The position numbers were made by a program, and so were the translations under genes. Source: Candidatus Moraniibacteriota bacterium (GTDB lineage Bacteria > Patescibacteriota > Minisyncoccia > Moranbacterales > UBA1568). Taken from it: DNA of 64,000 nucleotides. Position 1 is the first letter of the stretch. Each line of letters begins with the position of its first letter. Below are positions 37,800-46,250 of the stretch, in pieces. Location of the stretch: NCBI GenBank assembly GCA_016699385.1, contig CP064974.1:259242-323241 (forward strand), read 5' to 3'. The notes beneath the pieces were generated by a model. It saw only the letters and a program-made list of their open reading frames with translations, was not told the DNA's origin and did no database searches.

Positions 37800-39269
37800 A
37801 TGAAATACATTCCTGTTATTGGCATGGAGGTGCATGTCGAGCTCAAGACGAAGTCGAAGATGTTTTGCGGTTGTGCGAATGGTCAGGGACTTGAGAAAGA
37901 GTCGAATGTGCATGTGTGCCCTGTTTGTACGGCACAGCCTGGGACATTGCCGGTGCCAAATCGGACGGCAATTGAATATGTGCAGAAGGCGGGACTTGCC
38001 TTGGGTTGCACGCTTCGTCTCGAATCAAAATTCGATCGCAAGAACTATTTTTACCCCGATCTTCCCAAAGGATATCAGATATCACAGTATGACAAGCCGT
38101 TTTGTGAAGCAGGTGCACTTGTGATTAATGGGAAGACCTTTCGCATCACGCGCATTCACCTCGAAGAAGACACGGGGAAGCTTTCGCATGCTGCGGGCGG
38201 TATGACGCTTGTGGATTTCAATCGCGCCGGCGTGCCCTTGATGGAGCTTGTCACTGAGCCGGATTTCGAGAATGGGAAGGATGCACGCGCATTTTGTCAA
38301 CGACTTCGGCAGATCCTTCGATATATCGGTATCTCCGATGCTGATATGGAGAAGGGGCAGATGAGGTGTGAAGTGAATATTTCCCTTTACGAGAAAGGGA
38401 AGGATCGTCTGAGTGGTACGAAAGTTGAGATTAAAAATCTGAATTCATTTCGGTCAGTCGAGCGTGCAGCAGACTACGAGATTGTTCGACAGACGGAAGC
38501 TTTGCAAGACGGAAAGAAAATTGTCCAAGAAACGCGCGGATGGGACGATGTGCGCGGTGTGACGGTATCGCAGCGTGCCAAGGAGTCAGCGCACGACTAT
38601 CGCTATTTTCCCGAACCAGATATTCCGGCGCTTGTTTTTGATGAGGCATATGTCGAACATCTTCGTCGGAGTCTTCCTGAGCTTCCGGATGCGAAAGAAT
38701 CTCGCTTTGTTGAGGAATATGGACTACCAAAGGCAGATGCGGTTGCTTTGGTGTCGGAGCGAGATATTGCGGACTATTTTGAGCGTGTTGCGAGTGAGCT
38801 CCTCGAGAAGAAGGCATCTGGAGAGGCGAAAAGCGAACCGAAGAGGCTTCTGAAGCTAGCAGCGAATTATTTTCTCACAGAAATAAAAAAGTTTCTTACG
38901 GAGAATGGCAGTGATATGCGAAGCGTTTTGGTGACAGCGGAAAATTATGCCGAATTTATTGCGCTCGTTGCGGACGGTGCAGTCAATTCGAGTGCTGCAC
39001 AAACTGTACTCGCTGAAATGATGAAGGGTGGCGACAATGATCCGTTGCATATTATCGAGCGCTTGGGACTTGCGCAGACGAATGATGAAGACGCAATCGA
39101 GAAAATAGTGCTTGAAGTGATTGCGGCAAATGCGAAGTCTGTTGCTGATTACTCAAACGGGAAAGAAAATGCACTCCAGTTTCTCGTGGGGCAGGTGATG
39201 AAGCTCTCAAAAGGAAAAGCAAATCCCGAAATGGCGCGAGAGATGCTTCTAAAAAAGCTGAAACAATGA
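37800..39269 (+). CDS. gatB: Asp-tRNA(Asn)/Glu-tRNA(Gln) amidotransferase subunit B
   Basis: MKYIPVIGMEVHVELKT..CGC.., the ..C-x2-C.. zinc site and the tail domain are present. Confidence 0.93.
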   Translation: MKYIPVIGMEVHVELKTKSKMFCGCANGQGLEKESNVHVCPVCTAQPGTLPVPNRTAIEYVQKAGLALGCTLRLESKFDRKNYFYPDLPKGYQISQYDKPFCEAGALVINGKTFRITRIHLEEDTGKLSHAAGGMTLVDFNRAGVPLMELVTEPDFENGKDARAFCQRLRQILRYIGISDADMEKGQMRCEVNISLYEKGKDRLSGTKVEIKNLNSFRSVERAADYEIVRQTEALQDGKKIVQETRGWDDVRGVTVSQRAKESAHDYRYFPEPDIPALVFDEAYVEHLRRSLPELPDAKESRFVEEYGLPKADAVALVSERDIADYFERVASELLEKKASGEAKSEPKRLLKLAANYFLTEIKKFLTENGSDMRSVLVTAENYAEFIALVADGAVNSSAAQTVLAEMMKGGDNDPLHIIERLGLAQTNDEDAIEKIVLEVIAANAKSVADYSNGKENALQFLVGQVMKLSKGKANPEMAREMLLKKLKQ

Positions 39270-39356
39270 AGTTTGACAGAATTTTTCGAGAGTGTACAAT
39301 AGTCTCTGATGAATCCGAAACGAAAAATCTGCGGAGGAGTTTTTTTGAAAGCGTGA

Positions 39357-39384
39357 AAATCGCCCCAATGGGGCGATTTTTTTT
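39357..39384 (+). terminator. Rho-independent terminator after gatB
   Basis: aaaATCGCCCCaatGGGGCGATtttttttt. Confidence 0.8.
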
Positions 39385-39492
39385 GTATCTTAACAATTTA
39401 CCGTTTGGATTGAGGGTTTTTGAAGGTGTCGTAGGTGATTTGTCGGTTTGTTTTAGGAATGCTCATTCCTTTGTCTCTGCTTCAGGAGGTGC

Positions 39493-39780
39493 GTGATGTG
39501 TGAGGCGTATGGTCTGTGTCCGGCGGAGAGAAATATCGGAAATCCGTGTCTTTACCCCGATTTGCGAGAGATTGCCCTTGATTGCGGAGCGCCCTGCTGT
39601 AGTGCTGGAATATGTAATGTTTCAGCAAGTTTTCCGGCACCTACGGTTCATCGTCCTAGTGATGATGAAGCGAGAAGAGTATTTCTCCGTATGGCGTCGG
39701 CGTCGATTGAAGGAAGGAAGGTTCGAAATCTCTTGGATATGATTGTCTATGGTCAAATAATGATGAATCATGCCTTGTGA
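39493..39780 (+). CDS. Small Cys-rich hypothetical protein
   Basis: The 95-aa protein has about 8 Cys in the first 45 residues (CEAYGLCP..CLYP..CGAPCCSAGIC). Its stop overlaps the next start (ATGA). Confidence 0.4.
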   Translation: MMCEAYGLCPAERNIGNPCLYPDLREIALDCGAPCCSAGICNVSASFPAPTVHRPSDDEARRVFLRMASASIEGRKVRNLLDMIVYGQIMMNHAL

Positions 39781-39968
39781 CCACAGTTATGAACGAATAT
39801 GAACGAACGTGTATGAATTGCGGAGTGCCCATTCTTGAATGTATGGGATTCGTGATGGCTGGAGATTTCTTTCTCGCTCTCCAGGCTCTGCAAAGGGGAG
39901 AGCGACTCCCAAAAATCCGGGAACGCTGTGGGAAGTGCGTGATGAAGATTTCCCTCTTCCCTCAATGA
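39777..39968 (+). CDS. Small zinc-ribbon-like hypothetical protein
   Basis: The 63-aa protein has CMNCG..C...CGKCV (two CxxC pairs). Confidence 0.4.
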   Translation: MTTVMNEYERTCMNCGVPILECMGFVMAGDFFLALQALQRGERLPKIRERCGKCVMKISLFPQ

Positions 39969-39994
39969 AGAAGTTGAATGTATAGATTTCGGAG

Positions 39995-40480
39995 GTGTCC
40001 TGTATGAGTTCTTTGTGTGAAGTGCGCGCGTTCCCTTTGGATTGGGAAACATTGTTTGCTGAAATATCCGAAGGTGCGCCATTGTTCGAGTTTCAGCCGG
40101 GCGTATGGTGGCATCCCGAGATAGACTGTCTGACATATCAAACGAGGGATTGTAGGTATGTCCTTGATTCTCTTGGATATCACTTCTCGGTTCTTCGGAG
40201 TAATGAGGGACAAATTGTCGGCGTATCCCTCGAGCCATTTCGGAGGTATATGTGGGAAATACGCAAGACATATCCCGGCATGGGAATTGATGGGAGAGAC
40301 TTCCTCTTGTGGCCATTGATTCAGCTTATGACAGGTAAAATGGATCTGTTCCCGACTTGTTCGCGGAGGAAGGCATCTCGTCTCCTTCCGGTCATACGCG
40401 AATTTGTGGGTTGCGTGAAGGTTCCCTTCGCGCTCTTGCAAGACATGATGCTTTCGGAGAATGGGGAATATCGCCGCTGA
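39995..40480 (+). CDS. Hypothetical protein
   Basis: The 161-aa ORF is on the same strand as gatB, and its composition is more protein-like than the antisense ORFs. Confidence 0.4.
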   Translation: MSCMSSLCEVRAFPLDWETLFAEISEGAPLFEFQPGVWWHPEIDCLTYQTRDCRYVLDSLGYHFSVLRSNEGQIVGVSLEPFRRYMWEIRKTYPGMGIDGRDFLLWPLIQLMTGKMDLFPTCSRRKASRLLPVIREFVGCVKVPFALLQDMMLSENGEYRR

Positions 40481-40528
40481 ATGAGTACGTGAACGTTTGG
40501 GGAAATTTTTGGAGCACATAAAAAACAA

Positions 40529-40566
40529 AGCTCGGACATACCGCGGTATGCCGAGCTGATTTTTTT
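40529..40566. terminator. Bidirectional terminator hairpin between convergent genes
   Basis: aaGCTCGGACATACcgcgGTATGCCGAGCtgattttttt. Confidence 0.75.
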
Positions 40567-40588
40567 GTTCCTTTCGAGGTCAAAGTCA

Positions 40589-40894
40589 TTATTCGAAGGG
40601 AATCTTGACGAAAGCGCCGACACTCGATCGCGATGCTTTTACGGACAGTGTTGCTTCCCCGACAGGAATGGAAAGTGAAGGACGACTATTTGTGTATGCG
40701 GTTATTCTCAGTCCTCCGAAATCTATTTCTTTGTAGGGCATTGATGAACTTTCCGGTACGTTTCCCAGAAGACTGGGGAGGGAATTTTCTAACGGCTGAT
40801 TGCGGAACAGTGGATCTGCATGTACTGGATGAGCGATAAACATCGAGAGTGTTACGAAGAGAGGAAATATTACCACTATTATGCATTTGGTCAT
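40589..40894 (-). CDS. Small secreted hypothetical protein
   Basis: An internal start MTKCIIVVIFPLFVTLSMFIAHPVHA gives a signal peptide of about 26 aa. Confidence 0.5.
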   Translation of the reverse strand: MTKCIIVVIFPLFVTLSMFIAHPVHADPLFRNQPLENSLPSLLGNVPESSSMPYKEIDFGGLRITAYTNSRPSLSIPVGEATLSVKASRSSVGAFVKIPFE

Positions 40895-40955
40895 GATGCA
40901 CCTTCTTGAGTGTATTATTGGGAAGTACGAAGGAACTGTCTGTACGCTAGAGGGT

Positions 40956-41906
40956 TCATCTTGTATTGTCAAATGTCGTTTTTTTCATAAACTCGTTTGT
41001 TTCTTGAAATGCCTCTTCTGGTGTTTCGACACTGTGGAGTGAGGCGCCTTGGCGTTGCCATCTGCGAATCCAGGTTATTTGGCGTTTGGCGTAGTGAATG
41101 CTGTCGAAGAACAGTCGCTCTTTCATCTCGTTGAGAGAGAGTATCTTGCGGAGGAATCGCGAGATCCAGCGGTACTCGAGTCCGAAGGCATCGAGACGCT
41201 CCCATGAGACGCCTCTACTGTGGAGTTGCTCGACCTCGGCAATCATCCCTTGGTTGAACCGCGCTTCGAGGCGGGTCTGTATGCGCGCATCAAGAATGTC
41301 TTTCGGTGGGCAGAGGGCAATAAGGAGAGAATGTGGAATAGGGAATGGCGAAGGCGGAATTTTTGGTACGGTATTTCTTATACTTGATTCCTTATCTTGG
41401 TTTTGTGCGATTTCTATGGCGCGAACGAGTCGTCGCGGATTGTTTCGATCTATTGTTTCTGCACGTTCCGGATTGAGCTGCTCGAGCATTTCGAAGAGCT
41501 CTTCTCTTGTTTTCATGGCGAGCGCTTCGCGGAGTGCAGGGTCGGGTGAAATGTTGGGAAGCTTGTGGTTTTCGATGAGTGCTTGAATCCAAAATCCCGT
41601 GCCACCACAGAGTATCGGGAGTTTGTTTCGACCAACGATGTCTTTGAATGCCATGTGCGCATCGCGGATGAAGTGCGAGACATTGTAGTCGTCATTTGGA
41701 TCGGCGATATCAAGAAGCCAGTGTCGCACTTGCGCTTGTTCTTCTTGTGTCACCTTGCCTGTCCCGATATCCATCCCGCGATACACCTGCCGACTATCGG
41801 CAGAGATGATTTCGCCATTCCATTTCTTCGCTATCTCAATCGCAAGTGAAGACTTGCCCGATGAGGTAGGTCCGAGAATGACGATGATTTTTGAAGAGTT
41901 AGACAT
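40956..41906 (-). CDS. miaA: tRNA dimethylallyltransferase
   Basis: The P-loop GPTSSGKS and ..SADSRQVYRGMDIGT.. are present. Confidence 0.93.
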   Translation of the reverse strand: MSNSSKIIVILGPTSSGKSSLAIEIAKKWNGEIISADSRQVYRGMDIGTGKVTQEEQAQVRHWLLDIADPNDDYNVSHFIRDAHMAFKDIVGRNKLPILCGGTGFWIQALIENHKLPNISPDPALREALAMKTREELFEMLEQLNPERAETIDRNNPRRLVRAIEIAQNQDKESSIRNTVPKIPPSPFPIPHSLLIALCPPKDILDARIQTRLEARFNQGMIAEVEQLHSRGVSWERLDAFGLEYRWISRFLRKILSLNEMKERLFFDSIHYAKRQITWIRRWQRQGASLHSVETPEEAFQETNEFMKKTTFDNTR

Positions 41907-41913
41907 ATTTTAT

Positions 41914-44900
41914 CTATTCTACGCCGATATTCGGAATGCTGTTCTTGAGAGTTTCAAGCGCTTCCGGTGTTGGTTCGATGGTGAAGGCGGTTTCTATCGT
42001 TCGTCCTCGGAGGTGGACGGAGATTTTTGAATTTCCGGATGGGAGAGTCTTGAGTGTTTCGACGAGGCGTTCGAGTGTTTTCTCGGTTGCGGTGTCATCG
42101 AGACGGACCGTGATTTTTCCTGGTGATGGCGCGTTTTCTTTTCCTGCTGTCTCGGTATCTGATGACTCTTTTTTCTCGGTTACTATTTCTGCTTGCTGTC
42201 CGTACTTTTTTCGCGTGAGGAGGGCGCGTTGCCAGGTTTCTATGTCTCTTAGTGAGAGGCGTTCGGCGCGCTCGACCATGATTTTGGGCGAGCCATCTTT
42301 GAGAGAAATCTTGCCAGTCACCATGACCATTTGCTCGGCGACCCAGAGGCTTTCGGTTTGCTCGGCGATGCGTGGGAAGACGACCGCTTCGATACGTCCA
42401 GTTGTGTCTTCGATGGTGGCGAAGAACATGGTTTTTTGGTCTTTCGTATATGCCTTGCGGAGTGCGGAGATGACACCGCCCACTTGAGTGACTTCGCCTT
42501 CGGGACGTTTCTCAACTTCGTGAACGGGGGTTGCGACTTCTGCGAGATATTCTTGGTAGTCACTTGCCGGATGGTCGCTCACATAAAGTCCGAGGAGCTC
42601 TTTTTCCCACTGGAGTTTCTCGTGCTTGGTGGCGACGGCGACGGGGGCGAGTCGGATAGCGCCTTTCTCGATGGGCATGTCACGAAAGAGGCTCATCGAG
42701 TGCGTTGTTTTGGTTCGTTCGCTGTTCTTTGAGTAGATTAGTATGGCGTCGATGCTTTCGAGGAGGCTCTTGCGTTCGCCGAAAGCGTCGAGTCCACCCA
42801 CCTTGGCGAGCGCTTCGATGGACTTCTTGTTGAGGTCTTTGGTGCGAACGCGCTCGATAAAGTCAGTGAGGTCTTTGAACTTTCCGTGCGCTTTTCGTTC
42901 GCGGACGATTTCTTCGGTGACGGTTGCGCCGACGTTTTTCACGGCATTGAGTCCGAAGCGGATGCGTTCGATGCCATCGTCGCCACGAATAACGGCGAAT
43001 TCCTCGAAGCTTTCATTGACTGATGGTGGTAATACTTCTATACCCATGTCGCGTGTCTCGGCGACTTCGATCGAGACGCGATCGGAATTGCTTTGGTCGC
43101 TCGTGAGGAGCGCTGCCATAAATTCCGCTGGATAATGCGCTTTGAGATAGGCGGTTTGGTAGCCGATCAGTCCATAGCAAGCCGCGTGGGAGCGGTTGAA
43201 GCCGTAGCCGGCGAAGGGTTCGATAAACGCAAAGACTTTTTCAGCGATGGTTTTTGCGATACCTTGTTTGATACATCCATCGATGAATTTTATTTTCTGC
43301 TCTTGAATGAGCTCGAGAATCTTTTTCCCCATCGCTTTTCGGAGCACATCTGCTTCGCCGAGCGTGAATCCGGCGAGGTCTTGTGCGATGCGCATGACCT
43401 GTTCCTGGTAGACAGCGACGCCGTAGCTTGTGCCAAGTATGGGTTCGAGTTTTGGGTGGAGGTATTGGACGGTTTTTGTGCCGTGCTTGCCGGCGATAAA
43501 GTCGGGAATCCAGTCCATAGGACCGGGTCGGTAGAGGGCGACCATGGCGATGATGTCTTCGAGGATGGTTGGCTTCAACTGTTTGAGATAGCGCTTCATG
43601 CCGTTTGATTCGAGCTGGAATACGCCGGTCGTATGCGCTTTCTGAAGAAGGGAGAACGTCGCTTCGTCGTCGAGCGGGAGTTTGTCCATGATGTCGGCGG
43701 TTGAAGCGTGCTCCGGATCGAGCCCAAGCTTCTCGGCAAGAGCATCGAGTTTGCCGAGCGCTTTCAAAATACGGATAGTGTCCTGGATGATGGTGAGGTT
43801 TTTGAGGCCGAGGAAGTCTACTTTGAGGAGACCAATTTTTTCGATGTAGCTCGACTTAGTAGAAGAGGAATATTGTGTGACAATGCCTTCTTTTGATCCG
43901 GAGATATTCTGGATGGGAGTATATTTGGTGACGGGATTCTTGGTGATGACGACGCCACAGGCATGCATGGACGCGTGTCTTGCGAGTCCTTCGAGTTTTT
44001 TGGCGGCGTCGATGAGTCGCTTTGCGTCAGAGTTGCTCTCGTAGAGCGCTTTGAAGTCGGGAGCCTCTTGAAGCGCTTTCTCCATTGAATGAAACTGTGG
44101 AATGAGTTTGGCAACTGTGTCGCAGAGACTATAGGAAAGTCCGAGAGCTCGACCCGTATCGCGAATCGCGGCGCGTGCTGCCATGGTTCCAAAAGTGATG
44201 ATTTGTGCGACATGGTCGTTTCCATATTTCTTCCGCACGTAGTTGAGAACGTTGTCGCGGCGATTGTCGGCGAAGTCCATGTCGACATCGGGCATGGAAA
44301 TGCGCTCTGGATTGAGGAATCTCTCAAAGAGCAAATGATATTTGATCGGGTCCATGTTGGTAATGCCGGTCAGATAGGCAACGAAACTTCCGGCAGCGCT
44401 TCCTCTGCCGGGTCCCACGACGATGCCCTCGCGCTTTGCCCAATTGACAAAGTCTTGAACAATTAAGAAGTAGGAAGCGAATCCGGTTTTCTCGATAACG
44501 CCGAGCTCGTACTCCATACGCGTGCGATGCTCATCGGTAATGTCGGTGCCAAAATGCTTGGTGAGTCCCATTTCGCAGAGTTCGCGCAGATAGACTTCGG
44601 GCGATTTGTTGTCTGGCACATCGAAGTGGGGGAGTTGTGTTTCTCCAAGTTTGATAGTGACATTGCAGCGGTCGGCAATTTTCCCAGCATTTTCAATCGC
44701 CTCAGGAATATCTTTGAAGAATGTTGCCATGTCTTCGGGTGAGCGGAGTGAGAGGTCGAGGTGGCGAAGTGAGAAGCGGTTCTCGTCGGTTACTTTTTTG
44801 TTATCGCGAATGCAGAGGAGAATATCTTGCAAATCGCTATCTTCGGGGCGAACATAGTGTACGTCACTCGCGGCGACGAGCGGGATACCCGTTTCTCGAG

Positions 44901-45477
44901 ATATTTGAACGAGACCAGCATTGGCAATGATTTGGTTTTCGTAGTCACTGTGAGGTTGAAGTTCGAGGAAGAAATTGCCTTTGCCAAAAATATCTTCGTA
45001 GCCGAGGGCGGCTTCGCGTGCGCGTTCTTCGCTTCCTGCAATGATGAGAGAGGGTACTTCGCCGGTCACTGATCCAGAGAGGGCGATGAGCCCTTCATGA
45101 TATTTCCGCAAGAGATCCTTGTCGACGCGTGCTTTGTAGTAGAAGCCCTCGATATGTGACTCGGAGATGATTTCCATCAGGTTTTGATAGCCGGTCTGCG
45201 TCTCGGCAAGGAGTACGAGATTGGAACGGCGTCGATCTTCGATGGAGACACGGCTGTGCATATTTGCCGTCACATAAATCTCCGCACCGATAATTGGTTT
45301 CATATGTCGCTCCTTTGCTTTGATCGAGAGCTCGACGGCGCCGTAGAGCGCTGTGTAGTCGGTGATGGCAAGCGCGGTCATGCCGAGTTCCTGGGCGCGA
45401 TCAAGGAGTGCATCGATCTTGGCGGGCGCCGTGAGGAGGCTGTAGTGCGAATGGACGTGGAGGTGAGCGAAAGGCAT
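41914..45477 (-). CDS. dnaE: DNA polymerase III alpha subunit
   Basis: The 1187-aa protein has an N-terminal PHP domain (HLHVHSHYS..) and polymerase core motifs. Confidence 0.95.
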   Translation of the reverse strand: MPFAHLHVHSHYSLLTAPAKIDALLDRAQELGMTALAITDYTALYGAVELSIKAKERHMKPIIGAEIYVTANMHSRVSIEDRRRSNLVLLAETQTGYQNLMEIISESHIEGFYYKARVDKDLLRKYHEGLIALSGSVTGEVPSLIIAGSEERAREAALGYEDIFGKGNFFLELQPHSDYENQIIANAGLVQISRETGIPLVAASDVHYVRPEDSDLQDILLCIRDNKKVTDENRFSLRHLDLSLRSPEDMATFFKDIPEAIENAGKIADRCNVTIKLGETQLPHFDVPDNKSPEVYLRELCEMGLTKHFGTDITDEHRTRMEYELGVIEKTGFASYFLIVQDFVNWAKREGIVVGPGRGSAAGSFVAYLTGITNMDPIKYHLLFERFLNPERISMPDVDMDFADNRRDNVLNYVRKKYGNDHVAQIITFGTMAARAAIRDTGRALGLSYSLCDTVAKLIPQFHSMEKALQEAPDFKALYESNSDAKRLIDAAKKLEGLARHASMHACGVVITKNPVTKYTPIQNISGSKEGIVTQYSSSTKSSYIEKIGLLKVDFLGLKNLTIIQDTIRILKALGKLDALAEKLGLDPEHASTADIMDKLPLDDEATFSLLQKAHTTGVFQLESNGMKRYLKQLKPTILEDIIAMVALYRPGPMDWIPDFIAGKHGTKTVQYLHPKLEPILGTSYGVAVYQEQVMRIAQDLAGFTLGEADVLRKAMGKKILELIQEQKIKFIDGCIKQGIAKTIAEKVFAFIEPFAGYGFNRSHAACYGLIGYQTAYLKAHYPAEFMAALLTSDQSNSDRVSIEVAETRDMGIEVLPPSVNESFEEFAVIRGDDGIERIRFGLNAVKNVGATVTEEIVRERKAHGKFKDLTDFIERVRTKDLNKKSIEALAKVGGLDAFGERKSLLESIDAILIYSKNSERTKTTHSMSLFRDMPIEKGAIRLAPVAVATKHEKLQWEKELLGLYVSDHPASDYQEYLAEVATPVHEVEKRPEGEVTQVGGVISALRKAYTKDQKTMFFATIEDTTGRIEAVVFPRIAEQTESLWVAEQMVMVTGKISLKDGSPKIMVERAERLSLRDIETWQRALLTRKKYGQQAEIVTEKKESSDTETAGKENAPSPGKITVRLDDTATEKTLERLVETLKTLPSGNSKISVHLRGRTIETAFTIEPTPEALETLKNSIPNIGVE

Positions 45478-45712
45478 TGTGAATCTATTAGAGTCTATGA
45501 GGAAAGCAGGAGAGGTTGTTTTTTAGCGGGTTCCTGGAAACGAAAGAGAAATCGAAACTTTTGATGTATAGGAATCTTACCGTACCCGAAGAAGAGAGGG
45601 AAGTCTTGACAGAATTTCCCCCACAAGAAGTTTCCATGCTATACTTCTCACAGTATCTTCTTTCATTTGTTTCCTTTCGAAACAAATGCATAATCAGTAA
45701 AACAAAAACGTC

Positions 45713-46222
45713 ATGCCATTTCAGTCTTCCTCAGGATCAAACAAAGTTTTGTTTTGGTCTCTTGTTGCACTTGCTATCGCCATGATACTCGCGGTTGCTT
45801 TTGCTCTCCGCGGGTTTAATCGAGAAATGGATAAGGATAGTTCTCTTTCAAACTCTCCGAATATGTCCAAAGACGATGTGAAAGATGTTCCTCCCTCTGA
45901 AGTCATGACCGAAGAAGTCCTCATGGGATGGAAGCGAGATGAACAAAATCATATCTCTGTCACCGGAGAGGTACTAGGTGTTCGTGCTGTACCCGAGCAA
46001 AAAGATGTGAAAGGCATGGAGCTTGATCTCAAAGTGAGTCCAATCATTGATTCTCTGCTCTATCCGGCCCCCGACAAACTCTATCGCTTCTTTCTTTCCG
46101 AACGAGATACGAAAGAAGGATTCTCCGAATCCTTCAAAGTAGGGGATACCGTGACAGTGACGTCACAGGCGAACCCAACGGAAGACGCGTATGTTATTGG
46201 GGAGAAGGTGGGGAAAGAATAG
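45713..46222 (+). CDS. Membrane-anchored hypothetical protein
   Basis: An N-terminal TM helix (VLFWSLVALAIAMILAVAFAL) is present. No motif was recognised. Confidence 0.5.
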   Translation: MPFQSSSGSNKVLFWSLVALAIAMILAVAFALRGFNREMDKDSSLSNSPNMSKDDVKDVPPSEVMTEEVLMGWKRDEQNHISVTGEVLGVRAVPEQKDVKGMELDLKVSPIIDSLLYPAPDKLYRFFLSERDTKEGFSESFKVGDTVTVTSQANPTEDAYVIGEKVGKE

Positions 46223-46250
46223 TTTACAGTGATAGAATTGGATTAGAACT

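Noticed and set aside
39266-39496. 76-aa ORF overlapping the gatB stop
   Set aside because: It contains the gatB intrinsic terminator hairpin and T-run within its coding sequence. It is likely non-coding.
39768-40528. Two minus-strand ORFs (182 and 188 aa) opposite the small Cys-rich ORF trio
   Set aside because: Their composition is less protein-like than the plus-strand ORFs, which continue the gatB strand with coupled ATGA overlaps. I kept the plus-strand calls at low confidence and did not call these.
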